A stretch of 63,659 bases of DNA, filler included, from Dimargaris cristalligena (GCA_003614675.1; 13 parts of 13 records of this genome joined end to end with filler, not necessarily neighbours in it); one strand, 5' to 3'; positions 24,540 through 39,309 are shown, counted from the whole stretch's first letter. Numbers and translations: made by a program. Notes: a model not told the origin generated them from the letters alone.

Positions 24540-24639
24540 NNNNNNNNNNNNNNNNNNNNNNNNNNNNNNNNNNNNNNNNNNNNTTAATTAATTAANNNNN
24601 NNNNNNNNNNNNNNNNNNNNNNNNNNNNNNNNNNNNNNN

Positions 24640-25127
24640 GGGGGGTGAGTGTATATAGGGTTTATTGAGATAAACTAAGGGGTCAGAATAAGCTGAACCA
24701 TTAACCAGTCCCCATGGGGGGCCTGGTTATATATATGCAGGGGACTACTCCAAGGGAGGTCCCGAGGGGAAACTACATAACTAAGATAATAATAGGGAGG
24801 GCTGGGTGGTCCTCATATGAGCAGAGGCTTCCATGGGAACTGGAAGACACTAAGATCACCTAGGAGTGAGTAGTGCAAACTCCGGGGGGGTCTAGCCAGT
24901 AAGATGATATATATGATGTCCGGCCCCATTAGGACAGGGGGTACAATATGGCACTATACAGCCTGCTATGATGGCAATCATTAGCAGACAGATTAGGTCG
25001 GATTAGGAGGATAGACAATCATATAGTACCAGGTGTGATCATGGAATAGCTAATATGGTGCAATAGGACCTAATATAGTTAAATATCTAAGCTGGTCAGA
25101 TTAAGGTGTATTTAATGGGCTAACAAC
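24640..25127 (-). mobile_element. LTR family A copy (partial, diverged)
   Basis: GGGGGTGAGTGTATATAGGGTTTATTG...GAATAAGCTGA...GGAGGTCC matches 40082-40210. Confidence 0.75.
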
Positions 25128-27126
25128 TAAGGTCAATGAAGCAAGGTGTTGGAGGGAAAATATGTTAAATAGTATTTTGCATGGGACTTATCAATATGGA
25201 ATATAGAGGAGGAGGGGGGTAGTACACAGATACATCTAAGTGTTAGGTTACTAACCAGGAGTGAGTGTTAATGAGGCTGTTGGAATAATATGTTCATTAT
25301 TAAGCTGAGTAAGAACAGGCCATAATCTGGGAGAGTATATATATGTAGCAATACTAGAGGTGTCTTCATGAATGGTAAAGATGTAGAAGGGGTGCTCTTC
25401 AAGAGTCGGCCAGGCTGGGCAGTTGGTTGGTATTGGGACCATTTTTGCAATGAGAAGGGCATTATGGCATAATAGGATCTATACTTTTGATAGAAGCTGA
25501 GACAAGGCCCGGTTTTAATTGCACATATTATCATAAACAATTAGCAGTTATAAGAGAAATATAATTTTAATTAAACCCTAAGCGAGTTTTTTCTAGATAT
25601 ATAGGGATTGTTACGTTTGGTCGAGGTGGACTAGTGTTTTTAAGGGAGCCGAGTAGGACGTGGGGTTTTTTAAGATATGTATAGTTATTTTATTAGAACA
25701 TAAAGAACCCACGTTATGGCGAGCTAATCCTTATTTTATACTCTGGGCACGTTGGTATTGATGGTAAGTCTTGTAACTGTTCGCTCCCCGCTTGGCGGTG
25801 CACTCTCACTGAGAGAGTCAGGTGACCACTCTAGTTCAGGGGGACTGATTCCCTCAGATGGTTGCAGGATGGTAATGGAAATGGCTGAATTACACATCAG
25901 AATTAGGCGGGTTGGTAATATCCTATTCCAATCGGCAATTCGATATAATTCTCTTCTAACTGAACTCCAGCCTTTCTGGTTCTAGGTTCAACAAGCGGAA
26001 TCAACTTGGTTACCACCAGTTATTAGACCAACCCCCCCCCCACCGACAATGAAGCATTGCATGGACTCCACAGTAGGTTGAGATCTAGCATGGCAGGTAC
26101 TTGGGGCAAGTGGATGTGTTGGCTATCGGCCTTAATGGCCATGGCTAGGCACTTTAGAGTGTATTTTTGAAACCTGGCGTTTTACTTGGCAGAGGCTCGC
26201 GGAAGGTCCTATAAACGATCAACTTTGTGTCATCTGATATCCACAGAAGATTTCCTGATAGAAACCAAGGCTTGGCGATTAGTCTAACCATACCCTCTCA
26301 TATCGGTTCGTATACTTGGCTGCTATCACGTCAATTAATGCGGAATACGTACCCCGCGAGCGGACAGGTGTGTGAAGCCAGGGGTGATGCCTTGTCATTC
26401 GCTATTTTTCCCGAAATATATTTTTTCGGCCACAAATGCCTTTCACCCCACCGGTCCATTTTAGGCGTATATGCCTTCTTAGTTGATTACTTGTTGTAGT
26501 GTGTTGGCACATGCATCGACTGGAATCGAAAATTCCGCAAGTATATTATTAGCCGCCAATGAAGTAACCAACCGAGCATAATTCTATCGGAATTGAGCAC
26601 GGCTAAATACGATCCTGAATTGAATATTGGTCCCCAACAATGGCCTGCAATTCGATTTTTAACTAGGCATACTCTCTGTTGCATCTCATCACACGGGTAT
26701 TTACATATTCAGCTGAACCAAACATCTCTCACAAACATCTGCCAAACATCCGTTTGCCCAGCCCACTGAACTTATCCACCTGCTTACGTGGACATCCACA
26801 TACCGGTCCATGGTATTTGGACCTATGCAAGGGAAACTGATACCTGCCGCCGTTTCCAGTTGACGGGCTGGGCCTAAGACAACCTGGTTTTCCCTTAGCT
26901 AGGGACTGACTGATGTCCTGGAAAGATATTTAATCTCGCCTGTCTGGCAATCCCACCGGAGCACTACTGTCGTTATTAAATTCTCCGGTGTTTGCTATAG
27001 TTTCTTTCTGTTGAATATATCCCTCCATCATTCTCCCGGGTGGTTATTCGAATCATTTTCATCAGACAGTAGCTCTCCTCACTTTCTTATATCTCCAACC
27101 GTGTTCGCCTGCACCTAAACCCGACT

Positions 27127-28603
27127 ATGCTACTTAAAGTAATACCTCTTTTTTATGCATACGGCTCCGTTCAACAACGAATTTAATAATGCCCAAATCG
27201 GTCAAGTTGCCCAACCTATCTAACTTTCATGTTATACTGCAATTCTATTACGACTTTCCTCTAGTCCCTCGTCGGAGGCCTCATTGGTGCCGTATTAGCC
27301 ACCGGCCTTGTTGTTACACGCAAAGAGTTTGTCACCACTCAACTCTCAAACCAACAAATCGACGACCTCAAGATCTACGCCAGGTAAGAGCAACCACAGA
27401 GGTGCCTGTCAAGAAGTTTTACACATGTTTCAAGCGGGGATTGTTATTTGATCGACCAGCACGTATTTACACGTAGCGCCACTAGAATACTTCATTGTTC
27501 TACCTATTGTGAATATGGGAGAAATTCATCCAAGCCGTATAACGAAAAATCCATTAGATTCGGCCAATATTATAGTTAAAAATACATTTCCCATATATTT
27601 TCCCATACACGTATAATGTAAACCCTTATATAGCTGGGCCGAATTTCACCCATATATAATACAGAATAACCAATACCACTTTTATTTTCTTGCCTATAGA
27701 CTTGCGGCGATTTCGTACGATAACATTACCTCGTGGGACTGCGATGAATGTGCTAAAGTCGCTGATTCTACTTTGGTGGGCAATTTCCAGTCCAAGAACA
27801 AGCGCGCTGTAGGCTATGTGGCCATAAACAATGATATCAAGTCGGTTAGTATGGTTTTCCGCGGCACGGATAACATTAACCAGTATTTGACCGACCTGCA
27901 AATCAAGAAGAAGGATTGGCCCGACTGGGCTAAGGACAGTGCCGTCCACACCGGCTTTTTAGAGGCCTATGAGTCCGTGAGTGATTCCTTGTATACACAG
28001 GTTACCGGCCAGCTTGCAAAGCACCCTAGTCATAATCTAACTATATCGGGCCACTCCCTGGGGGCAGGTAGGTTGAACTACGCTATTATCTTATTAGACT
28101 ACCTATTAGCTTATGATCCGATTATTTTATTAGGCACTTAGTTGTTGATTGATAGTTACTGAAATGGATATGCTTTTTTATTTCAACTCTCTAATTACTT
28201 TCTGGTTCCCCTCACTCATAAACGTGCTTTTCGTTCAGCACTTGCCTCCCTGGCCGCGGTCGACTTTGTCCACCGCAACAAAACCCTGGCTAATATTATG
28301 CGAGTGGTGACGTTCGGGAAACCACGGGTTGGTAACCAGGAGTACGCTGATCATTACAACTCCCTCGACCTCGACAGCCTTTTCGTGGTTAACAAAGACG
28401 ACATTGTACCTCATTTGCCACCCAAAACTCTGGGATACCGCCATGAAAACGGCGAAAACTGGATAAAGCCGGACAGCAACAGCAACACAACCATTTCATG
28501 CCCCCAGGTAGACAACGATGCTAACCCCAACTGCTCGGCCAGCGTGAAGTTCCGAAACCTCAGTAGAAAGGATCACCACTGGGCTTGGAATGTTGAGATG
28601 TAA
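27127..28603 (+). CDS. Secreted class 3 lipase; exons 27127-27138, 27265-27383, 27700-28067, 28239-28603
   Basis: VFRGT, VHTGF, GHSLGA nucleophile elbow, TFGKPRVGN, DIVPHLPP, GYRH, C-terminal DH; GT-AG introns keep the frame. Confidence 0.93.
27513..27656 (+). mobile_element. MITE copy inside lipase intron 2
   Basis: ATATGGGAGAAATTCATCCAAGCCGTATAA...TATATAGCTGGGCCGAATTTCACCCATAT terminal inverted repeats. Confidence 0.85.
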
Positions 28604-29583
28604 ATTTGTGTAAATGGCATTTATCATTATTCACATTGTGTCTTACGGCTAGGGGCTAGTGTTGATATAGTATATTATTTTTAGAAGTGCATTGATTTAG
28701 TAAAATATATCCAGTGTTGGGTAGACGTTTGTAAAAGTGCATGTCGCTCTGCTATAAAATACAATTTCATCAATTGAGTATCAATGTTATAGGATACAGC
28801 GTATAAATAATATAACCCCTATTCGTTTTTGGGGAAACCTCAGTTGGGATATCAAGGGTAATGGGAGCGCTACGTCAAAGTGAGAAATCATGAATTGCAA
28901 TCATTAAACCAAGGGATCCCCGGAGCCCCTGACACCTCACGTGACTCCCCCCTCTCCTGATCCCCAGTCCAACGTAGTGCGTGCGATAGCCGACTCAACT
29001 GAGCCAGAGAAACCAACCAAGGACGTATAAAACCGGTTTATCCAACCGGAAAGTCTGGGTTCGACATTAACGAGTAAATATAAATTGTGATTTTATTGAA
29101 TTGTCTGCTCACCCTCCCCACTCGGAACTCCACCTACGGTAACACTCCCTTTGACCCCACCTGGTCGTATTTGGTTATAGAATATGCACCATACATTCTG
29201 GTAAGCAGCTAATCTATGTGTTTGGAGCGTAGTTGGGGAGGAGACCAGCGTACGTTGGCTTTCTGTACCTTTAGGGTACCATTCCTTACTATTTGGTGGG
29301 GCACTGCTGTATGAATGGCCCATTTGAAAATACCGCTTAATATCAATTGGCTGGGCCTTTCTGAAACATTGGGCTAAACATATTACCCAGCCCTCTGAAC
29401 GTGGATGGAGGATATTGCAACTGAGGGAGGTCACCATCACCCACCGGCAGGAGGCCGATCCTCCCCACAGTACCCCTNNNNNNNNNNNNNNNNNNNNNNN
29501 NNNNNNNNNNNNNNNNNNNNNTTAATTAATTAANNNNNNNNNNNNNNNNNNNNNNNNNNNNNNNNNNNNNNNNNNNNCTGTGG

Positions 29584-29665
29584 GGGCAGATGGCCGAGTG
29601 GTCTAAGGCGCTACGTTAAGGCCGTAGTCTCTCCGGAGGCGTGGGTTCGAATCCCACTCTGCTCA
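29584..29665 (+). tRNA. tRNA-Leu(AAG)
   Basis: Acceptor GGGCAGA/TCTGCTC-A, D arm TGGCCGAGTGGTCTAAGGCG, anticodon arm CTACG-TTAAGGC-CGTAG, long variable arm, T arm GTGGG-TTCGAAT-CCCAC, followed by a T6 Pol III terminator. Confidence 0.97.
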
Positions 29666-29949
29666 CGTTTTTTGATTATTTTGTTTGATGACAACCTTTT
29701 CCTTAAATGATATGCACTTCAGTTGAACGATTATGAGAATAGCAGCATCTCAATATATAGGGTCTCTAGTTGTTGTTATGCCGGCGAATAAAGAAATCCC
29801 AGTTTTTATTAATAATATATCAAGAGGAAATAATCAGAGCCTACATTGTCTGGTGGCTTTACTGACTTAACTCATGGAAGTAGTTGAAGGGATTTTATCG
29901 AGTTGGTGTGTATGACTGTATAGAGCAGGTTAGTGAGAATGTAAAATAG

Positions 29950-30081
29950 CTATGGGAGATGTTCGACCAGGCTGTATAACGAAAATACCATCCAATTAGG
30001 AAAACATTACTTAATAAAAACCATTTTCCCATACACATATAGTTCAAAACCCTATACAGCTGCACTGAATTTCACCCCTAT
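29950..30081 (+). mobile_element. MITE copy
   Basis: TATGGGAGATGTTCGACCAGGCTGTATAACGAAAA...TATACAGCTGCACTGAATTTCACCCCTA. Confidence 0.8.
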
Positions 30082-33000
30082 TGGTTTTATCGGTTACGAT
30101 CATTTCCGAAATTATCTTTATAAGTGGCATATTCATTACCATCGACCCCAACAAAAGTATTCAGCGGCACCGCTAAAACTATGGGAAGAAAAGTCAGCCA
30201 CAGGCAAAATCCAGATCGATAGTAGATGTCGTTGGTGGTGAAGGACCCGTCGCTGGTGACAACGTGGTCACCTTAGACTTATAATTTCAGGTTTTGTAGT
30301 TCGTCTTTTAAGAAAAAAAACCATCGATTTTGCTCGTAAGACTGGTGCTAATAGCCCTAGGTGCGATCTCAAACAGAAGCCCAAGCCCGATTATGACACC
30401 TATTTTTTATAGCTACCATTCCTAAAGATTACATTGAAATAATATATATATAAAATATTCGAGGATATATTATTTAAGGGAATTATTTGTATATATCTTG
30501 GAGAAGGAAATAGTAAAAGTAAAGCAGAAACTAACCACGATTTCTCGTATACGCAAAGATTGATTTGGATCTAGGAGGTATATTCGACTTTCTCATATAG
30601 AAAAATCAATACCAATTATATTCACTGTTTAATCTCTCCTTTAGATACATTGTCGTCATAGTCTTCCCGCCGATTTCGCCTCCCAGTGGACACCGCCTTT
30701 ACGGGATAATCAAGAGATCAGGGCCTACTTCTCCCCATTTGGCAACATCACGCCAATTCTCCCTGACATAACTCTCTGTCACACACAGGGTTATCATACA
30801 AATATAGTTTACAGATGACTACAAAGCCTAAGAAGCTTCGAACAGAAAACCTCACTAATATAAACACAGGCCGATTAACTTTATGGTGTAGTTATTGGTT
30901 CTAGACCAATTTCGATCTATACAGGGAAGAGTATCATAATTAGGGACCACATAGCCCGAACACAGTGGATCATAGTCGACTGCCAAGTAGGTATACCTTA
31001 GAGTCATGATCAAACTGACAGTGCCAGCGGCCCAGTTATACATTTAGAAAAATGGCCTGGAATTTGACCAAAGCTGAAGTTGAACAGTGAGAATCACGAG
31101 TTTGCTGTTGGTGGCCAGTTTCTATAGGTATACCCACTATTATTCTTAAGATATCATTACACAATGTATAATTTTGGGGATAATGAAAGAATGGTGCCAA
31201 GAGCCGTCGAGTCAGGCGGATTTCCCCTAATATGGAATGTCTGTCTATAAATGGGCAAATGGCAATATGCAGTAATATTCATATTGCATAGCAACATGAA
31301 TCATTAATGGCAGAAGGCAGCTTTTGACATTCCGAAACAGTCCAAAATCCAGCAATGGCATTAAATCCTGCTGAATAGGGCTGTCTGTGGTTATATCTCG
31401 AAGGAACAACAACAATAACTTTATACATGGTCATTTTATCTTGATGAAGGGGGGGGGGGAGAATAGGAGGAATGTGACCAACAAGAAAATATCCATAAAT
31501 GAAAGAAACAAAGTTTGGAAGGGGGGAGGGGGGATAGTATGGTGTGCCTTGTTTTACATGAATCTAAGTTATTAGGACAATGTCAGTGGTACTCTTGACC
31601 GCTCTGGGCATGGGTGTGGTACCTATCAGGATAACGGGGTGCATCTACACACGGGGGAGGGTGCCCTCATTTATGAAATACTCATCTCTTTGGAATAAAC
31701 AGGCCCAGGACATCAGCACTAGTAAAGGTGCTAACCATGTAGCCTTCATATTGGGGCCTAGTTAGAAGGGCGAGCCCATTGTCAGGTCTGATCAGGAATA
31801 GACTGTACTATTGTTACTTAGTGTGCAAACTAAATCACATTTATTAATCCTACTGCTGTATTCCCTTTGTTGGTAAAGGGGATTCAGCATCAGAAGCAGA
31901 GCTATGGACAATAATGACTATTTGGGAGCGTAATGTCTGCCTTCCATATGGCCCAGGTCGGTGGCAAAGCCATGAGTTGACCTTCCCATATGAATTGTCC
32001 ACTGTAGTTTCTGCAGTGGGAATTTTTCGTTGGTTTTTGTTACACTGTTAGGATTAAGCGCCCATTTCCCTGGACTGGGTGATGTGTTTTCATCAGGTAT
32101 ATAACCTGTGGTATTTCCACCTCCTAAGTCTTTAACGACGAACACCATACTGCTGCAAATTCATAATAATATGGCATTTGTATCCTATTTTATATCCAAG
32201 AAGGGTCGGCCTAGTAGGGATTATCCTACTGCCGACCCGAGAGCACCAATTGTCAAGCCCATCAAGTGGGCATTCGATAAGGTAAGTATTGTATTTATTT
32301 TATTTATACTGTGAAATCTAGTTGGGCTGGCAATTGTATTTATACTCCTTCATTGATATATAATGATTTGAAGTATTATAAAAAACGCCGATTTCCCCTA
32401 TTTCATTATCAGACTTGACAATGGTTGCAGCAATAAAATTGTGGCGCCTCCATTCAATGCAAGTATAATGCCCGACTTTCATTATGCTGAATTATTAATG
32501 AATGACTTCCAAATGATATTCCAAGAAATCATTTTGGACTTACTGATTACTATGTAAGCCGATTTCTAACTATGTGCTTCTATGTTTGTTCCCTCTTTCC
32601 TATTATGATATCAATCTAGCTCAAGAAGATTTTTGGGCCACACAAATAAATGGCCCAACTGTGTCATTGGGATTCCCTTTGTCCCACCCCCATCCCTCTG
32701 CCTGTGACTTCACCAAGTCATCATGGCCAAGTTACCAGAGCCCACCCCCAACTACTCATCTTGACTTTTGGCCCAACCATGGTAGCTGTAACTACCCTGG
32801 GATATCCACTGCTTGTTACAGTTCTTTCTCACCGGCCCATACCCTGGCGTACTCTATAACACACCTTTTCTCCATCAGTTGATCAACCACTATCCTAGAG
32901 CTTGTTGGTACTGAACCACCAAGGGTTGCCTGGTAATAACCAGACATCCCATGAAACCGGGATTTAACTAGAAAACCACCAGCACCCACTCTTCCCATGG

Positions 33001-33629
33001 ATACCAAACCCCTAGATAATACCAAAAGAGTGCCGGCCAAGTGTAACCATATCACACTAACACTTGGCATATTGCTAAGAAGCCCTACTTGGCCCCTTAA
33101 GGGCACTGCAACCATGACCTCCTCTTAGAACACTAGCCTGATGGGCTAAATACCTACCACCTATGGCTAATCCTAATAGTAGTACTATCAGGTTCATTAA
33201 TTATTCTAGATTTAAAAAGAACCATTGACCTACACTAATAGAGGCCTTCAGTTGACTATAATTTTGCTTGCTTCCTATTACAATACAGTTACTGGTAATA
33301 TGTCACATACCCTGTTCACTAATTCAACTAATAAATAATTTTTCCTTAGTTACTTATACTCATATATACTCACTACCAACAACCTCATAGTTATAAGTAT
33401 TGGCCACCCAATATAAATTGTTGCAATAAACTTTCTCATGGCATCCTCAAAATATTTCTACAGCTAATTTTATAGCAATAAATCTTAATCCTAAAATATG
33501 GTCTTAATTTCTGAAGCAAAATATGCCCCCTTAGCCCTGTCTACCAGGAAATCTGCCACCATCTAAGCAGAAAAAGTACAAGAGTAGTAATGGTAGAAGG
33601 TGCCAACTAGACCAATATTGGGCTTAGTG

Positions 33630-34213
33630 GACCATCAGGCCTTCTAATCTAACTTAATCTGGACACAATACTGTCTATCCCTATTAGGCCTTATAGTGCC
33701 ATATAACCTTCCCATGGTTACCCCTGGTACTATGGGATCACCCTATATCATATAACCATTCCCCTTCCAGATTCCTTATTTTGCACTAATCACTCCAGTG
33801 CTAATCCTAAGACTCTTCTAGCTACTATCAGATTTTACCAAGAGCTTATGGCCATCTGGTTAGCCTATTTATCTTACCCTAGTCTTAGTAGTACCCTTTT
33901 CTGGCGACCTCCCTCTGGAGTTTTCCCTGTGTATATATAACTGGGCCACATTTTGACTGATTTGAGCCCTTAGCTTATTATTACCCCCTGTTTACCCCTA
34001 TAAACTCTATATATACTCACCACCCTTGTATCAACTAGTAAGTGTGCTTACTACACATCCCTGGCTTATACCTATATCTTATAGCCTTTATTAGTTAGTA
34101 CCATGTCCCCCACCTAGTACTAAGACCTGCTTGGCCAAGTCCAAGCCCCATCTGCCATTAAAAGCCTATCCTCAGGGCTCTTAATGGACTAAGAGTGGTT
34201 AACCTGGGTAACA
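33630..34213 (+). mobile_element. LTR family A, near full-length solo copy (~585 bp)
   Basis: Ends ...GGACTAAGAGTGGTTAACCTGGGTAACA, aligning with 20048; no internal retroelement ORF follows. Confidence 0.85.
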
Positions 34214-35643
34214 TTGACTTTACAAGGTTCATTTAAATTTCTTATTTATACTAACAAATAGTACCCAGCAAATCCACTATTTAGACAATCCTGTTACTGG
34301 GCTATCACTCTGGCAGATATGTTAATGTTGGAAACATCTTCTCACATTTGCCAGCCGCTCTTAGGGCTTTCAGCTGAGGGGGCTGCTATTATAATGNNNN
34401 NNNNNNNNNNNNNNNNNNNNNNNNNNNNNNNNNNNNNNNNTTAATTAATTAANNNNNNNNNNNNNNNNNNNNNNNNNNNNNNNNNNNNNNNNNNNNTCGC
34501 CGTTACCAAAGGTGCAAATACGTATGGGGATGGCATGGAGTAGAAATAGTGATGCACCACCACCACACGGGCGGCGGTGGTCCTTCTACTATTAAGATTC
34601 TTTTCGATCATTAGTTTCTTGTGGTTCCCCGGTATGATTAGGACAGTTCCGAAAATTACGGCCTAAAGAGGCGGTGGTTTTACCCACTTCTTCAATTATT
34701 AATCACCCAATGTGCTGGGTCGCAGAATTTTTGGGGTTGATTTTTCGTTTGGCAGGGGGCTTCTAGGGAGGGATCCCATATCTTTCCTTGGTCAGTTTAT
34801 TATAATATAAAAAAAGAATTGTGCTCTTTTTCACGCGTGTTGCTTAGAATGATAACCGCTGGTATTCATTTAACGGGGTTCATCCCCGAATTTCAAAAGC
34901 TCTGCATGATAGCAGACCGCAAGTTGAAGATTGGCAACGTGTTTTTGGGTGTCACACAATCCTCGGTGGCGGGAGACACGTATTCTCCCAAACTTTGACC
35001 GGACAATGGTCGCAACGACCCCTGTTGAAAAAAAACGGGAAGTTAATATGAAAATAGACAGTCAGCCAGTTGGTTGCAATGGCATCATTCTGACAGAGTG
35101 CCATTACTGAACGCCTTGGATGATCCGCTGCTGACTGGGCCATTTCAACAGGTAATAGGTGTTGCATTTTATATCGGGCTGTGGGAGCTATGCGGTGTCC
35201 CAAATTAAATATCTAGCTAGGACAGTTATCCACGTACGTACAGGGCGTACTTAGTATGGACTGTTTACTCAGGAGAACATAAACCTTGAAAGTGCTTATG
35301 TTGCTGGGAGGCGCTTGTGAGGTGGCCTATTCCAGTGAATGGGGCTATGGGAAACAATGTTGTTTGAAGTATTTTTAGATTAAGGGTTGGTGGCTCTGCG
35401 GTTGGTTTCTCCTTCCGATGCAATGATAAAAAAATTCCCCTAAAACCAAATTTGATTGTCTCATCTTTAAAAAGTATATATAGTTGCCAAAAGGGCGGAC
35501 AGAGGAGCATTCTTTAAGCCTTGGCCCTATTCCTCCTCTCTCAGATTGAATACCCGCTACTCCTATATTCTGATAACATTCGCCTATCGATATTTCCACG
35601 CCCAATCACTTACTTCCTTTCATCCAACGTTTACAGTTCACCC

Positions 35644-38600
35644 ATGATGCTTAATCAGTCCTCTGTTGCCTCCACCGCGGCCTTGCGCTTACCTGTTGTC
35701 CCAGTGGACCACCAGCCCTCCATCAATTTACCCCTCGGCAAGCCCCGGGTCAATCTATCGGGCTATTCCGCCTGGGCCAGCGGTCATCTATTCCCTGCTA
35801 CGAACGAGTTCGTGCGAAACGACTTTGAACTCACTCATCGATTGGCCACGGCCATCATCCTAAGCAGGTACTATCGCCAGCCCGCGGTCGCCTTTGCCCA
35901 CTGGCGTGGTCAGTTCGGGCTACACACTCTCATTGAGCAGTCCCGTGAACCACTTCAGTTGGTTCTCGCCCAGGTGGACCCCGATGTCCCCATCTCCACC
36001 GCCATCCTGCACGACCATGCGCATGGTCATCCCCCTGATTCGCCTGGTCCAACAGTGGAGGTTCTGCTCCTCACTGATTTAGGTGACTCTAGTGTGACCC
36101 ACCCCATGTCCGAATCCAGTAGCAGTCACAGTCAGCCCAAGGAGGTTGAAGTCGATCCGCATATAGCGGATCTATTGGCCGGAAGCACTGCCCGCCTAAT
36201 TATAAGTTGTTCGTTAAACCAGGCGGGGTTCGCCCAGATCACGGTAACCTATGCCCGGGCTCAATACCGCGATTCAGCTGTAGCAGAATTCACTAGCCAG
36301 TTCCGAACTATCTGTTCGGCCGTCGCCCGGGCTCTGCAAGGTGGTCAGTCCACCCCTGTGCGCGATATTGCGTGGGTTAGTTACCAGGAACGAGCCCGCC
36401 TCTTGGATTTTTCCCAAATGACCAAACCAATCCAGGGAAACTATCGACCGTTCCACAATCTATTCAGCGACCGTGCCCAACGCTTTTCCAACCATCTTGC
36501 TTTGGTCCACGGCTGTGAGGAGTGGACCTACGCTCAGGTGGATTACGCCAGTTCGGAACTGGCCCGCATTCTAGTAGACGAATATGGGGCCCGTCCCGAA
36601 GTTCGGTTCGCACTGTTCATTCCTAAGTCAGTCGCCTATAATCTGGCTATTTTAGCTGTGTTCAAGTCAGGCGCCGCCTATGTACCTATCGACCCCGACT
36701 ATCCCGCTGATCGAATCCAGTTTGTCCTAGATGACAGCGGCGCTTCACTGGTAATTGCTGCGGAATCAGTTCTAGGTCGTTTACCAGACCAGCTCAAGTT
36801 GCCCACTGCGACCGTAGACCTATTTGCCCAACACCCAACTTTTAAGGAGCCTTCGGACTTCCTACCGTTCCCTTCATCACCCAACCATTTGGCATACGTT
36901 ATCTACACATCTGGTACTACTGGTCGTCCCAAAGGTGTCTTGGTCGAGCACCGGGGAGTGGCCAATATATCTACTGACCAGTTTTTAGGGGATGTCTATG
37001 GCCCAGGCCAGCGAGTCTACCAGACTGGATCCGTTGCCTTTGACGGCGTACTTGTGAGCTCCTTACGGGCTCTCTGCACCGGTAGTACGGTTGTGGTCGC
37101 AACTGACAACATGCTGGAAGACCTGCAGAATGTAAATATGGGGTTTCTAATGACCTCATTTCTATCCCGCTTGAGCCCCCAGGACGCTCCCGAAATGAAG
37201 GTTTTTTCATTTGGCGGAGAATCCTTCCTGCCGGAGCAGCTAGCTCGGTGGGCATCACATTGTGTTTTGGCCAACCATTATGGGCCGACGGAAACCACCG
37301 TTTACTGTAACGTAGCACTGGTTGGGGCCGAGGACGACATCACTTTCGGCAAACCTATCCACAACGTCTTCAATTTGGTCGTGGATGATGATCTGCAGTT
37401 AGTGCCAGTCGGGGCTCTTGGTGAGTTACTCATTGGTGGCGTGGGTGTGGCTCGGGGCTATCAAAACCTACCGGAGCTCACCGCTAAAAAGTTTATTCCC
37501 AACCCACTTGGCGAGGGCCGGGTATATCGCACCGGTGATTATGTCCGGTGGCTCCCTAACGGAACGCTCGAATTTATTGGTCGCATCGACAGCCAAGTCA
37601 AATTACGCGGGTACCGGATCGAGATTGAGGAGATCGAGAACGTGGCGAGCCAATTCCCCGGACTTAAGCAGTGTACCGCGGCCGTGGTTCAGGATACTTT
37701 AATTATTTACGCCAGCCCTGAAAACATCGACCCGACCGACCTATTAGATTGCTTAAGGGATCGACTCGCTAAGCAAATGGTACCTAAGCTGGTGGTACCG
37801 ATTGCGGACTTTCCATATACAGCCTCGGGTAAACTGGACCGCAAGTCTCTACCTTCAGTCGACCACTTGCTATCAAGTCAGACACTGTATTCCCCCACTA
37901 GATCCAATATCAACACTCCTCAAACTGATACAGAAGAAGAGCTTCGCCGAGTCTGGGGTCAGATTCTCCAGCTGGACCCCGACCGCATCAGTACCACTGA
38001 CCACTTTTTCCGCATCGGTGGTGACTCTATTTCGGCGATTTTACTGGTGTCCAAGGGACAACAGTTGGGGTATCAACTAACCGTGCCATTGATCTACCAG
38101 TACCCCGAGCTTCGCCTATTGGCTCAGAATACTGAAAAGATTACTGGCCACCAGGCCAATGTGAACGCCGCCTACCAGGAACAGGTTCAGGGTGAGGTGG
38201 CTTTGACACCTATCCAGCGCTGGTTTAGTGCCATTGGTCTTCGTAATCCCCACCACTTTAACCAGTCCTTTACCCTGAAGGTCAGTCCCAAAGTCAATTT
38301 ATCATTGGCGGCTCTTTCCGACGCCCTTGTGGCCCTGGCCAACCATCACGATATTCTCCGGGCCCGATTCCTGCCAGGTGATGGCAACCGGCCATGGGAC
38401 CAGACGATACCTACAGCCAGAGCCGTCCCTGCCGATTTTTTATTGTTGGAAGAAACGGTTTTGTCCGAAAACTATGCCAACTTTATCCTGCGGGTCCAGT
38501 CCGGCCTTAACCTTACTACAGGCCCTGTGTTGGCAGTTGCACTGATTCGTGACCCGGACAGTACGTCCCAATCCCGCCTGTTCATTACCATACACCACAT

Positions 38601-39309
38601 TCTGGTGGACCTGATCGCTTGGCGTATTCTGATTGAGGATTTAAATACACTGCTCCGAGGCGCCTCGCTTCCGCCGAAGACACTGCCTTTCCAGGCTTGG
38701 GCCTCCCAACTGGGTGACTATGCTGCCACTCTTTCGGCCGATATTTGGCCCACTCAGGTTGAGTCCGACAAGCCTATTCCCAATATCCGGGCCCTACTTC
38801 CACCTCCTGAATTGGATGTTAACCGTACCCAGGCTGCCCGCCTCACCACGTCTTTCGAATTCGACTCCGAATCCACGCACTCCCTACTGTTCCAATTGGC
38901 CCCGAAGCTGCGAGTCACTCCACGCGACCTACTTCTGGCCACCTTTACGCACGCCTTTGCCATGGCCATTGGGCTAGACCAGGTTACTTTTTGCATGGAG
39001 GGACACGGCCGTGAACCGTGGCTTCCTGATCAAGACATTACTCGCACCGTAGGTTGGTTTACCGCTCTCTATCCTCTTGTTCTTCGGGTTCATACTGACC
39101 AGTCCTTACTGGACCTGCTGCGCCACACTAAGGAGGCCCTGCAGCAAATCCCAATGAAGGGATTCCCCTATTCCTTATTGAAGTACACGTCTGGGGTTTC
39201 GATGGTAGAGCGGGTCAAATTGGAGGCCAAGACCCCATCCCGCCTAGACGTCCAGTTCAACTATTTCGGGCGGTTCAATAATACTGGTGTTGAACTAAGC
39301 GACGATTTT
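35644..39309 (+). CDS. Non-ribosomal peptide synthetase (degenerate C-like region, A, T, E), 3' truncated
   Basis: A domain: KSGAAYVPID, AYVIYTSGTTGRPKGV, NHYGPTE, GELLIGGVGVARGY, YRTGD, QVKLRGYRIE, SGKLDRK. T domain: FFRIGGDSI. E domain: LTPIQRWF, HHILVD, EGHGRE, RTVGWFT, FNYFG. Confidence 0.96.

Noticed and set aside
25609-25893. Possible additional solo LTR (TGTTACG...TTACA)
   Set aside because: No matching target-site duplication found and the second boundary is uncertain.
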